Part shown: positions 10,317 to 18,677 of the stretch, in pieces
Layout of the letters: each line of letters opens with the position of its first letter
Position numbering within the stretch: position 1 is the stretch's first letter
NCBI GenBank assembly: GCA_016432485.1
Contig: CP066691.1
Coordinates: forward strand, 217,294 to 281,293
DNA from: Candidatus Niyogibacteria bacterium
GTDB lineage: Bacteria; Patescibacteriota; Minisyncoccia; HO2-45-28
Length of the DNA stretch: 64,000 nucleotides
Reading direction: 5' to 3'
The notes under the pieces: model-generated
The model's input: only the letters and a program-made list of their open reading frames with translations
The model's database searches: none
Told to the model about the DNA's origin: nothing
Position numbers and translations under genes: made by a program

Positions 10317-11472
10317 AAATCAAATAAAATCCAATTAAATCCAAATAGGGTTTATCTAAAATTTGGTCATAATTTTTAAAAAACCCCTTCATCTTATCAG
10401 ATGTTTGTTCAATGATTGAAAATGAACGGCCGTGCGCGGTGTAACGCTTGAAAGACGGGTCACTCAAAGCTTCGTGGAATGCGGATATTTTTCCATGGCC
10501 GGTCAACATAATTTTTTCGGGCGCCAAGTCCGGCAGTACGCGCTTTTCCAGCGCCTCTTTAAATAAATTCTGCCATTCTTTGACCGCTTCTTTCAATACC
10601 ACCTCAAGAGATCTTTTAAATTTATCATCAAGTTTATTTTCCATATAATTTGAAATCAGCTCCGAAACTTCGTTTAAATCCAGGCGCAGCGCCGAACCGA
10701 CACGGCGCGCCACGTAATTAATACCTCGGCCGAAAGAAGCCATTTTTAACATCTGGCCGCCTTTAATTAAAATTAAATCGGTTATCTCTCCTCCGATATC
10801 CACAACGAATAAATCTTTATAGCCCTCTCGCAGAAAGATATCGAAAAGAACCCGCGGCGAGCTTCTGAACTCCGTGGATTTAACGCCGTGATTTTCAAGA
10901 AGTTTTTTTATGCCGGCGGCCGCTTCGCTAAAAATGGCTGAGATATAAATTGAGACGAAAAATTCCACAGCCCGTTTGCCTAAAATATTTTGACGCGGCT
11001 CCCGGACCGGATAACCGTTTAATTTAGCGCTCATTATGAGTGAACGCGTCAAAGCCAAATCTTCCTGCAAGAAGCCGAAATAAGAAGATGTGTCTTTTTT
11101 AAAACTATTTTCTTGCGCAAGCATAATTTCGGCGATAAATTTTTTATCTATAACAATTGGCGGGTCAAATTTTTTAGACACTAAACGTGAATCGGAAAAA
11201 TACCACGGCGAAGAAAAAACGACCATCGCTTCATCGGCTTTCCGGCCGCTTTTCTCATATTCCCACATCACATTCTCAATCAACGCGTATATTTTTCGCC
11301 AGAGACCGCGTAAATTCACTTCCGGCATAATCACATTTTCGGACCGAAACAACCTTTTAACATCTATCTTTTCTCCGGAGCCGAAAGACGCCAGGACGCA
11401 ATTTACCCTGGAACTTCCTATGTCAAAAATCAGCTTTTGCTTTACCGATTTTCCCGCGCCGAATAAAAACAT
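10291..11472 (-). CDS. FtsA/PilM-like actin-fold protein
   Basis: IFDIGSSRV, VVDIGGEITD and MLTGHG match ASKHA phosphate and adenosine motifs. Confidence 0.75.
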   Translation of the reverse strand: MFLFGAGKSVKQKLIFDIGSSRVNCVLASFGSGEKIDVKRLFRSENVIMPEVNLRGLWRKIYALIENVMWEYEKSGRKADEAMVVFSSPWYFSDSRLVSKKFDPPIVIDKKFIAEIMLAQENSFKKDTSSYFGFLQEDLALTRSLIMSAKLNGYPVREPRQNILGKRAVEFFVSIYISAIFSEAAAGIKKLLENHGVKSTEFRSSPRVLFDIFLREGYKDLFVVDIGGEITDLILIKGGQMLKMASFGRGINYVARRVGSALRLDLNEVSELISNYMENKLDDKFKRSLEVVLKEAVKEWQNLFKEALEKRVLPDLAPEKIMLTGHGKISAFHEALSDPSFKRYTAHGRSFSIIEQTSDKMKGFFKNYDQILDKPYLDLIGFYLIYAANYAAK

Positions 11473-11477
11473 TTAGG

Positions 11478-13181
11478 TTATTTTATAACGGCTCTAACAC
11501 GGCGCACCCCCGAAGCCACCGCCTCCTCTTTGATAATTGAAAATTTGCCTATCTCGCCGGTTTTAGCCACATGCGGTCCGCCGCATAACTCGCGGGAAAT
11601 CAAATTATCACCAACGCCGATGCTGTAAACCTTAACTTTTTTAGGGTATTTATGCTTGAAAAATGATAATGCTCCAGACTTAACCGCTTCTTCATAATCC
11701 ATCTCTTTCATTTTAACATTTAAATTTTTTTCTATCATCTTATTTACAAGCGATTCAATTTTTTTCAATTCTTCGGAAGTCAGTTTGCGCCCGAATGAAA
11801 AATCAAACCTCGCGCGTTCTGGCGTGATGTCCGAGCCCATTTGTTTAACATCCTTGCCCAAAACCTCGCGAAGCGCGGCTTGCAAAAGATGGGTCGCCGT
11901 ATGCAATCTTGTAACTTTTTGCAATTCTTCCTCACTCCCCGCTTTCAGCTCGCCCGTATCCAGAATAAGCCCGTGCCCGCCGAATTTTTTTTCTTGCCCC
12001 GCTTTTGAAATTTCCTGATGACGCGCAAATTCCTTGTCAAAATCCTCTCTTTTGAGCTTCGCCGCTTTTTCTCCCCCGACCTCTTTAATGATCTCGTAAG
12101 GCAGGCCGTATGTCTGGTATAAATCAAAGGCAATTTTGGCGTTAATGGCGTTCTGCTTTTCCAGTTCCTTAAGCCCGTGTTCAAGCGTTTTGGAAAATTT
12201 TTCTTTTTCTTCGCTCAAGACGGCAATTATCGCATCCGCGTCAAGTTTATAATGCGCATAGTTTTCGTTTTCAACGATAATTTTTATAACTTCCCCGATA
12301 TTCGCGCCGTAAAATATTATCCTGCGCATAAGTCGGCGTAAAACATAACCCTGTTCCTTGTTTGAAGGCAAAACTCCATCCGAAATCAAAAAGGCGGCCG
12401 CTCGGATATGGTCGGCTATTATTCTTTTCACACGAATGTTATCGTACTTTTCCGAGATTTTAATCGCATTTATGGTCGGCTCAAATAAATCCGTCTCAAA
12501 AATATTTTTCTTTTTTTGAACCAGCATCACCAAACGTTCAAATCCCCACCCGACATCAACGCCCTTTTGCGGCAGTAAAGTTAAACTCTGGTCTTTGGCG
12601 CAAAAATATTCCATAAAAACAAGGGTCGCTACTTCCAAATCGTCAACATACACCTCGTTTGCCGCTCCGCACGGTCCCTCGGCCCCGGCCGGTCCCCAAA
12701 TGTTATCCTTACGCGGACCTTTGCGGATATGGTCCGAAGGTAAAAATTTGGACCAGGCCTCGTATGACTCCGAGTCAAATGGAATTTTTTCATCACCTGC
12801 AAAAACTGTGGCTGAAATCCTCCCGGACTCAATATTAAAAACTTCGGTCAATAATTCGTAAGTCCACTTTATAGTTTCTTTTTTAAAATAATCCCCGAAA
12901 GAAAAATGTCCCAGCATTTCAAAAAAGGTAAGATGCGATTCATCGCCCACTTCATCAATATCCGAGGTGCGCATTGATTTTTGAATTGAAACAGTATTGA
13001 GCGAGCCGAAATCGCGCATCGGATCGGCTTCGCCCGTAAAATACGGCTTAAATTGCTGCATTCCGGCTGTGGTAAAAAGCACCGAGGGGTCGTCGGGTAT
13101 AAGCGAAGAAGACGGTCTAACCGTATGTCCTCTTTTTTTGAAAAAATCCAAAAATTTTTCTCTTATTTCTTGGGAAGTCAT
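11478..13181 (-). CDS. alaS: Alanine--tRNA ligase, compact form lacking C-Ala
   Basis: LFTTAGMQQFK, HLTFFEMLG, HTATH, ELCGGPHV; ends right after the editing domain. Confidence 0.98.
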   Translation of the reverse strand: MTSQEIREKFLDFFKKRGHTVRPSSSLIPDDPSVLFTTAGMQQFKPYFTGEADPMRDFGSLNTVSIQKSMRTSDIDEVGDESHLTFFEMLGHFSFGDYFKKETIKWTYELLTEVFNIESGRISATVFAGDEKIPFDSESYEAWSKFLPSDHIRKGPRKDNIWGPAGAEGPCGAANEVYVDDLEVATLVFMEYFCAKDQSLTLLPQKGVDVGWGFERLVMLVQKKKNIFETDLFEPTINAIKISEKYDNIRVKRIIADHIRAAAFLISDGVLPSNKEQGYVLRRLMRRIIFYGANIGEVIKIIVENENYAHYKLDADAIIAVLSEEKEKFSKTLEHGLKELEKQNAINAKIAFDLYQTYGLPYEIIKEVGGEKAAKLKREDFDKEFARHQEISKAGQEKKFGGHGLILDTGELKAGSEEELQKVTRLHTATHLLQAALREVLGKDVKQMGSDITPERARFDFSFGRKLTSEELKKIESLVNKMIEKNLNVKMKEMDYEEAVKSGALSFFKHKYPKKVKVYSIGVGDNLISRELCGGPHVAKTGEIGKFSIIKEEAVASGVRRVRAVIK

Positions 13182-13260
13182 TTATATATTTATAATAGCA
13201 AAAAACAACCCGCGTTGAAACGGGCAAGAAACATACAGAATATCCAACAGAATATCCAAA

Positions 13261-13297
13261 GTAACATCTTTTGATACAATTGTCAGAAATATGTTAC
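13261..13297. repeat. Palindromic element copy 1 (37 bp), overlapping the putative promoter (TTGATA...TGtTACCAT) of the PaaX/Cas2-like gene
   Basis: GTAACATCTTTTGATACAATTGTCAGAAATATGTTAC; right arm is the exact reverse complement of the left arm of copy 2. Confidence 0.85.
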
Positions 13298-13309
13298 CAT
13301 ATGATTTAT

Positions 13310-13840
13310 ATGAAAAAATTGCCTATTACTGATAAGTTTTTGTGGAAATTATACGATCTGATAGAAAAGGCGGATGATGTGGTTGACTTTATCGGGCCGG
13401 GAACGATGTCCGAAACTGTTTACCCCGACACCAGACGTTTGCGGCACGAGTACAAGAAGGAAAACGCCAGACGAAAATTCAGCCAGTTTATGATGTACTT
13501 ACAAAATCGGGGTTATATAAAAACCAAAGCTCTGGAAGGAACAACGGGAGTGCTTTTAACGCCCAAAGGCAAGAAAAAGGTTTTACTGACAAAAAGAAAG
13601 TTTGGCGAGAAGAAAAAACGCAAAGACGGATCTTGGATTATGGTTATATTTGACATACCTGCAAAATTAGGGACGATAAGACACGTTTTGCGAGATCGTT
13701 TAAGGTGGCTTGGATATCAACAACTTCAAAAGAGTGTTTGGGTGTGCCCCTATGACACGCACAGAGAAACCGAGGAAATTATAAGAGAACTTCGCTTGAC
13801 CTCTTATGTCAAAATATTTTTTATAAAAGAGATAATTTAA
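13310..13840 (+). CDS. PaaX-type protein: wHTH plus Cas2/VapD-like domain (start 13301 or 13310)
   Basis: LQNRGYI...LTPKG wHTH end; WIMVIFDIP...LRDRLRWLGYQQLQKSVWVCP typical of the PaaX/Cas2-like ferredoxin fold. Confidence 0.85.
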   Translation: MKKLPITDKFLWKLYDLIEKADDVVDFIGPGTMSETVYPDTRRLRHEYKKENARRKFSQFMMYLQNRGYIKTKALEGTTGVLLTPKGKKKVLLTKRKFGEKKKRKDGSWIMVIFDIPAKLGTIRHVLRDRLRWLGYQQLQKSVWVCPYDTHRETEEIIRELRLTSYVKIFFIKEII

Positions 13841-13888
13841 AACATGTACAAAAAGAATTTGACGTCAATCGGCATTAAGTTAAACCCA

Positions 13889-13924
13889 GTAACATATTTC
13901 TGACAATTGTTAGAAATATGTTAC
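13889..13924. repeat. Palindromic element copy 2 (36 bp)
   Basis: GTAACATATTTCTGACAA|TTGTTAGAAATATGTTAC, one mismatch from a perfect palindrome. Confidence 0.9.
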
Positions 13925-13940
13925 TAGTATTTGGAATGGA

Positions 13941-15110
13941 TTATTTTATTATTCCGCCGCCGAGCATTTCTCCACATTTATAAAAAACAGCCGATTGGCC
14001 AGGGGTTGCGGCTTTTTGTGGCTCATTAAAAACAACCCTTACCTTCCCCCCGTCCGTGGACTTCCGAAGTCCACATTTTTGAAGGGGCTGGCGGTAACGG
14101 ATGCGCGATTCGCAATTTAACGGAAGCTCTGGTTTAATTCCTCCAATCCAATTTATATCAGTGATTTCAATTTCTTTTTCGTAAAGCGCGGGGTCTAAAT
14201 CTCCTTCAGCGACAATGAGGGTGTTAGTTGCGGCTTCTTTCGCGGCAACATAAAGCGGCTCGGAGGTGCCGCCGATTTTAATTCCGTGCCTTTGCCCCAA
14301 AGTGTAAAAATTAAGGCCGTCGTGCTCGCCTATTATTTTTCCGGAGGTAGTCGCAATCGGCCCCGGATTTTTTGGTAAAATTTCGCGTAAAAAATCGCTA
14401 AAATCAACCTTCCCCACAAAACAAAGACCTTGGGAATCCTTTTTATCGGCTGTCGGCAGTCCGAATTTCCTCGCCATTTCTCTGATTTCGCTTTTTAGAT
14501 AATCCCCTATCGGAAATAAGGCGTGTTTGAACTGATTTTGCGTAAGACGCCACAAGAAATAACTTTGGTCTTTCGCGCTATCGCGCGCAGCGTGCAAAGA
14601 AAAATTCGAAGCACTAATATCGAAACTCGAAACAAATTCCAAATTCGAATTTTCCAAATTCAAAACATTTCTTTTATTTAGGATTTGGGGGTTAGATATT
14701 ATTTCGGATTTCTGATTTCTGATTTCTGATTTTCGGACGTAGTGCCCCGTCGCCACAAAGTCCGCGCCAAGCGCCAGAGCTTTTTCCAAAAAAATACCGA
14801 ATTTTATTTCCGAGTTGCAAAATACATCCGGGTTTGGCGTTCTGCCAACAGCATACTCACGCACCATGTAATTAAAGACGCGCTCGCGATATTCTTTCTC
14901 AAAATCAAAAATATAAAATGGTATTTCCAGTTTTTCGGCAACCGCCCTCGCATCTTCAGCGTCTTTCTCAACACTGCACTGGTCCCACGCCGACCAGCAC
15001 TTCATATGGCATCCAACCACTTCAAACTTTCCGCTTTTTTTAAGCAAAGCGGCTGCGACCGAAGAATCAACTCCTCCCGACATCGCTACGAATACTTTTG
15101 GCCTTTTCAT
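13941..15110 (-). CDS. mnmA: tRNA 2-thiouridylase MnmA with an in-frame repeat-derived insert
   Basis: AMSGGVDS, TPNPDVFCN, ATGHY, KDQSYFL, DSQGLCF, TPGQSAVFY. Confidence 0.98.
   Translation of the reverse strand: MKRPKVFVAMSGGVDSSVAAALLKKSGKFEVVGCHMKCWSAWDQCSVEKDAEDARAVAEKLEIPFYIFDFEKEYRERVFNYMVREYAVGRTPNPDVFCNSEIKFGIFLEKALALGADFVATGHYVRKSEIRNQKSEIISNPQILNKRNVLNLENSNLEFVSSFDISASNFSLHAARDSAKDQSYFLWRLTQNQFKHALFPIGDYLKSEIREMARKFGLPTADKKDSQGLCFVGKVDFSDFLREILPKNPGPIATTSGKIIGEHDGLNFYTLGQRHGIKIGGTSEPLYVAAKEAATNTLIVAEGDLDPALYEKEIEITDINWIGGIKPELPLNCESRIRYRQPLQKCGLRKSTDGGKVRVVFNEPQKAATPGQSAVFYKCGEMLGGGIIK
14602..14736. repeat. Heptamer-based foldback repeat (AAATCAG / TCGAATT units) inside mnmA
   Basis: atttcggatttctgatttctgatttctgatttt at one end and aaattcga-like units at the other; encodes RKSEIRNQKSEI...FDISASNF. 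Confidence 0.75.
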
Positions 15111-15138
15111 AACTTTTTATTATGAAGTAAAAATGGCC

Positions 15139-16098
15139 TTATCGCAAGTATGCGCGCTTATTCGACACGTGCTCTTCAAATGTTATTGCGTATCTGGGCT
15201 CGCTGTCTTTGCCGTGCAAATAATACCAATATAAAGTTTTTTCGGGATAAATCGCGGCGCGAATCGCGTCCAGTCCAGGGTTGCCTATGGGAGTTGGCGG
15301 AAGACCGCGATATTTATAAGTATTGTAGGGCGAATCCATTGCCAAATCTTTTTCAGTAAGTTCCGCTGAAGATTTTCCGGTTATATAAGTAAGAGCCGCA
15401 TCCACTTGCAAACCCATTCCGGCCTCAAGCCGTTTCCACAAAATGCCGGAAATTATTTTTTCGTCTTCAAAATCACTTGCCTCTTTTTCTATAATTGAAG
15501 CCATAACTACGACATCTTCAAAATCCCGCCTGCTTTTTTCAATTTCAGGCAGCAAAGGCGACGCCTTTGCGTTAAAATTATCTCGCATAATCCCTATTAT
15601 CTTTTCGGGCGAAGTGTTCGGCAGGAAAAAATAAGTGTCCGGAAAAAGATAACCTTCTTCTTTTTCGGCAAAACGCATCCAGTCCTTACGGCTGAAAAAT
15701 CCGAGTTTTTCAAAAAGTCCGCCCATCTGCCAGACGGTCCAACCCTCCAGAATCGTCACGCGAGTCGGCGAGAGCCCGTAAATACCGCCGGTTATTCGGC
15801 GCGCGATTCCGAAAGCCGAAAGCGGCTCGTCAAAAAAATAATCTCCGGCCTTGATATTTTTCTGGCCGGAAAAAATAAAAACCAAAAATTTGAAAACAAA
15901 AGGGGACTTTATAATATTTTCTTCGTTGAAATTGGCGGCTATCTTACTCAAACCCTCGCCTTGTTTTATGGTTATTAAACGATTTTTGCCGAAGCCGGAT
16001 GAAACAGAAAAAACAGAATAGGCCGCGAAAGAAATAACAAATAAAACCGCGCCGGTGAGCATTGCCAACTTTTTTATTTTTAAATCAATTTCATTCAT
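15139..16098 (-). CDS. mltG: Endolytic transglycosylase MltG
   Basis: N-terminal transmembrane helix, EGYLFPDTY, MASIIEKEA, SPYNTY, GLPPTPIGNPG. Confidence 0.96.
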   Translation of the reverse strand: MNEIDLKIKKLAMLTGAVLFVISFAAYSVFSVSSGFGKNRLITIKQGEGLSKIAANFNEENIIKSPFVFKFLVFIFSGQKNIKAGDYFFDEPLSAFGIARRITGGIYGLSPTRVTILEGWTVWQMGGLFEKLGFFSRKDWMRFAEKEEGYLFPDTYFFLPNTSPEKIIGIMRDNFNAKASPLLPEIEKSRRDFEDVVVMASIIEKEASDFEDEKIISGILWKRLEAGMGLQVDAALTYITGKSSAELTEKDLAMDSPYNTYKYRGLPPTPIGNPGLDAIRAAIYPEKTLYWYYLHGKDSEPRYAITFEEHVSNKRAYLR

Positions 16099-16105
16099 TT
16101 CGAAT

Positions 16106-16738
16106 TTATTCCTTGCCTTTTATAAACGGCACGAAAGCAAAACCGGGAAATTCACGCTTGCGCAATGTTCCGTCGGCTTGTTTGATAAAAAGCCAAATAG
16201 AATTACCTATGGGCACGACCATTTTCCCGCCGATTTTTAATTGTTCCTCCCACATTTTCGGCACTTTGTAATCCACTATGCTTGCGGCGACAATAATACC
16301 GTCAAAAGGAGCTCTGTCGGGAAGCCCGACCGAAGCGTCTTGACACATCCACTCCACAACGCCCTTCTCCAAAAAATTATATTTCGCGATATTTGTTCTG
16401 CCAAATTCGCAAAGTTCCGGCACACGCTCAACGGCGAAAACCTTGCCGCTTTCCCCCACGACATAAGCCAAAAGCGCGGTCTGCCAGCCGGAACCGGCGC
16501 CAACATCCATAATTTTGTCTCCCGCCTGCGGATCAAGAAGATTAAGCATAAACGCGACGGTATATGGCTGGGAAATAGTCTGTCCTTCTCCAATGGGCAA
16601 GGCCTCGTCGGCGTAGGCGGACGATTTTAATTCCTCGGGCACGAAATCAGCGCGGTCAATCGCGCCGAAGGCCTCCAAAATTTTCCCGGCGCCCAAAACT
16701 CCGGTTCGCAAAAGATAATCCGGTAACGGATTGGACAT
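16106..16738 (-). CDS. pcm: Protein-L-isoaspartate O-methyltransferase
   Basis: QTISQPY, DVGAGSGW, APFDGI, FVP. Confidence 0.96.
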   Translation of the reverse strand: MSNPLPDYLLRTGVLGAGKILEAFGAIDRADFVPEELKSSAYADEALPIGEGQTISQPYTVAFMLNLLDPQAGDKIMDVGAGSGWQTALLAYVVGESGKVFAVERVPELCEFGRTNIAKYNFLEKGVVEWMCQDASVGLPDRAPFDGIIVAASIVDYKVPKMWEEQLKIGGKMVVPIGNSIWLFIKQADGTLRKREFPGFAFVPFIKGKE

Positions 16739-16780
16739 TTTTACATCATAACAAAAAACAGGGCTCTTTACGAGTCCTGT

Positions 16781-17806
16781 TTATGACTCTTTTTCTTTTT
16801 TTTCTCGCTCTTTTCTTTTTTTTACAATTTCCTGATAGTATTCCTCAAACCTTTTATACATATGTTCCTTTTGAATTCTTGGCTGGTCTTCAAGATATCT
16901 TAGGCCCTCTCTAGCCATTTGTTTTTCTCGCTCCGTAGAAACCGGTTCTTTAATATCGATTTTCTTTTCTGGCGAACTGAGATCTTTCGCGCCTTGTTTT
17001 TCCGGCTCCTCTTGCGTGTCTTCTAAATATTCAATCGGCTCTTCCGTCTCTTTGTTATAAATAGACAACAGATCATTCAACAGAAGGACCATCCGTTTAA
17101 GACGAAAAAAAACGCGCTCTTCTTGCAGTATCACGGACGACGGAAATGTCAAAGGTACGGGCTCACCGCTAGCAGTTGTTATCTTCATCTGATTGAAAAG
17201 ATTCATCACGGAATCCACCGCAAGGGCAACCGTATCCGGAGTAAGGTTTTCCATATATGAGTGGGCATTTTGATAAAACGCCGTCTCGCCTAAAAATGAA
17301 TCAAGGTCGTAGGTCTGGCGAAATTCCTCAAAATTTTTCTGAAACATATCGAGCGCGGCATGAAATTCATCTTGGCTCGCTTCGTATTTGGATATCGGAA
17401 ACTCCGCCTTTTTTTCCCATTTATAAAACGGAGCGCCGGCATATTTATCGTTCGCTCCATACACGGCAAAGCTTACTCGGAACACCCCCTTCACCTGAAA
17501 TGACATATTGCCGTCTTTTTGCATTCGTATGCTGCGTAAACGCGCCAATGTGCCGACGCCAAGATGTTGCATACTATGCTCGTCTCGTAAAATGGGTACG
17601 ACAATAGCCCATCTTGTATCAACAAGCGCCTGTCTGTACTCTTTATACGCTTCGGCGCGCACATTCATGCCGACGGAAAATATCTCCGGAATGTATACAT
17701 CGCCCGGAAAAAGAGCACACTCGCCCATATAGCCGAGAGTCAGCAAGGGTACAATGGAGGGAGGAGGGTTTTCTCTGCCGCCGCCCCGCCGACGTTTATT
17801 AGGCAT
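16781..17806 (-). CDS. Stand-alone Lon N-terminal (substrate-binding)-like protein; probable start ATG 17806
   Basis: ALFPG, VGTLARL, DGNMSFQVKGVFRV resemble LonN; SD AAGGAGG upstream; no AAA+ or protease domain. Confidence 0.6.
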   Translation of the reverse strand: MPNKRRRGGGRENPPPSIVPLLTLGYMGECALFPGDVYIPEIFSVGMNVRAEAYKEYRQALVDTRWAIVVPILRDEHSMQHLGVGTLARLRSIRMQKDGNMSFQVKGVFRVSFAVYGANDKYAGAPFYKWEKKAEFPISKYEASQDEFHAALDMFQKNFEEFRQTYDLDSFLGETAFYQNAHSYMENLTPDTVALAVDSVMNLFNQMKITTASGEPVPLTFPSSVILQEERVFFRLKRMVLLLNDLLSIYNKETEEPIEYLEDTQEEPEKQGAKDLSSPEKKIDIKEPVSTEREKQMAREGLRYLEDQPRIQKEHMYKRFEEYYQEIVKKRKEREKKEKES

Positions 17807-17971
17807 TGGCCGCCTCCTTTCATATCTTGCTTCTGTCAAGATTCTTAATCTCCTTTCAGTATATCTTAAAAAAACAATTAATAAAATTTGCGATCGGAAA
17901 ATATTTATTGACAAATAAAAACGCTTAGCACAAACTTAAATGAGAAAACAAATGCGGAGGGGAAAAAGAAA

Positions 17972-18634
17972 ATGTCCGGAACTAAAACATCCGAGCCAAA
18001 GCGCCTTGAAATCTATTTTGCGCACACCCTGAACACCTATGACACGCCTCTGGAAGAGGCGCTTCGTCAATTGATTGCCCATACTTTTCGCGGCATCCGT
18101 GAAATAAAAATTGAGGACCCGAACCAGCCGCATCATCAGGAGGGATATGAAAGATTCAAACGCGAACAACCGGCGGACAAGGACGGCAAGCACGGAGGAA
18201 TGAATTATTTTTATGAAATTGTCCTAAAACCGATGCTGACAGCAGACGCGCAAAGCGCGTGCGTATGCCAAACATTTCTTGACGGAAAATGGGGGTCCGG
18301 TGTGGCGGGCGAGGCAAGAAAATTCATTCTTGCCGGAAAACCCATCTGGGAAATAAAAAGCTGTAAGGCACAGCGGACAAAAATCGCTGTTGAGACAAAC
18401 AGAAAACTAATAGAATCGTTTGCGCAAGATCCATTAGACGACTTGTTTTTCCTGCGAAGAATAAACCCGTGGGAAGAAAAAAGGATTTTAGAAAATGATC
18501 CTTGGCTTGTGGTCCAGCACATAGAAACCCGTCTTCGCACATGGAAAATCTACAACCGAGAAAAAAGGCCGTTTCAAGAAGCGCATCTTGCGCCAACAGA
18601 AGTATATCCCGGATTCTATACCGAAGATAACTAA
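17972..18634 (+). CDS. Hypothetical protein, nucleoside deoxyribosyltransferase/TIR-like fold suspected
   Basis: IYFAH...IEDPN...DGKWGSGVAGEARKFILAGKPIWEI; SD GGAGG; terminator downstream. Confidence 0.55.
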   Translation: MSGTKTSEPKRLEIYFAHTLNTYDTPLEEALRQLIAHTFRGIREIKIEDPNQPHHQEGYERFKREQPADKDGKHGGMNYFYEIVLKPMLTADAQSACVCQTFLDGKWGSGVAGEARKFILAGKPIWEIKSCKAQRTKIAVETNRKLIESFAQDPLDDLFFLRRINPWEEKRILENDPWLVVQHIETRLRTWKIYNREKRPFQEAHLAPTEVYPGFYTEDN

Positions 18635-18640
18635 TATGGA

Positions 18641-18674
18641 AAAAGCCCATTCGCATTACGCGATGGGCTCTTTT
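18641..18674. terminator. Probable bidirectional terminator
   Basis: aaaagcccat..cgc/gcg..atgggctctttt between convergent genes. Confidence 0.7.
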
Positions 18675-18677
18675 ATT

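Noticed and set aside
13261-13924. CRISPR array or CRISPR-Cas locus
   Set aside because: Only two local repeats, separated by about 590 bp containing a gene; no regular spacers and no cas1 or effector genes in the window.
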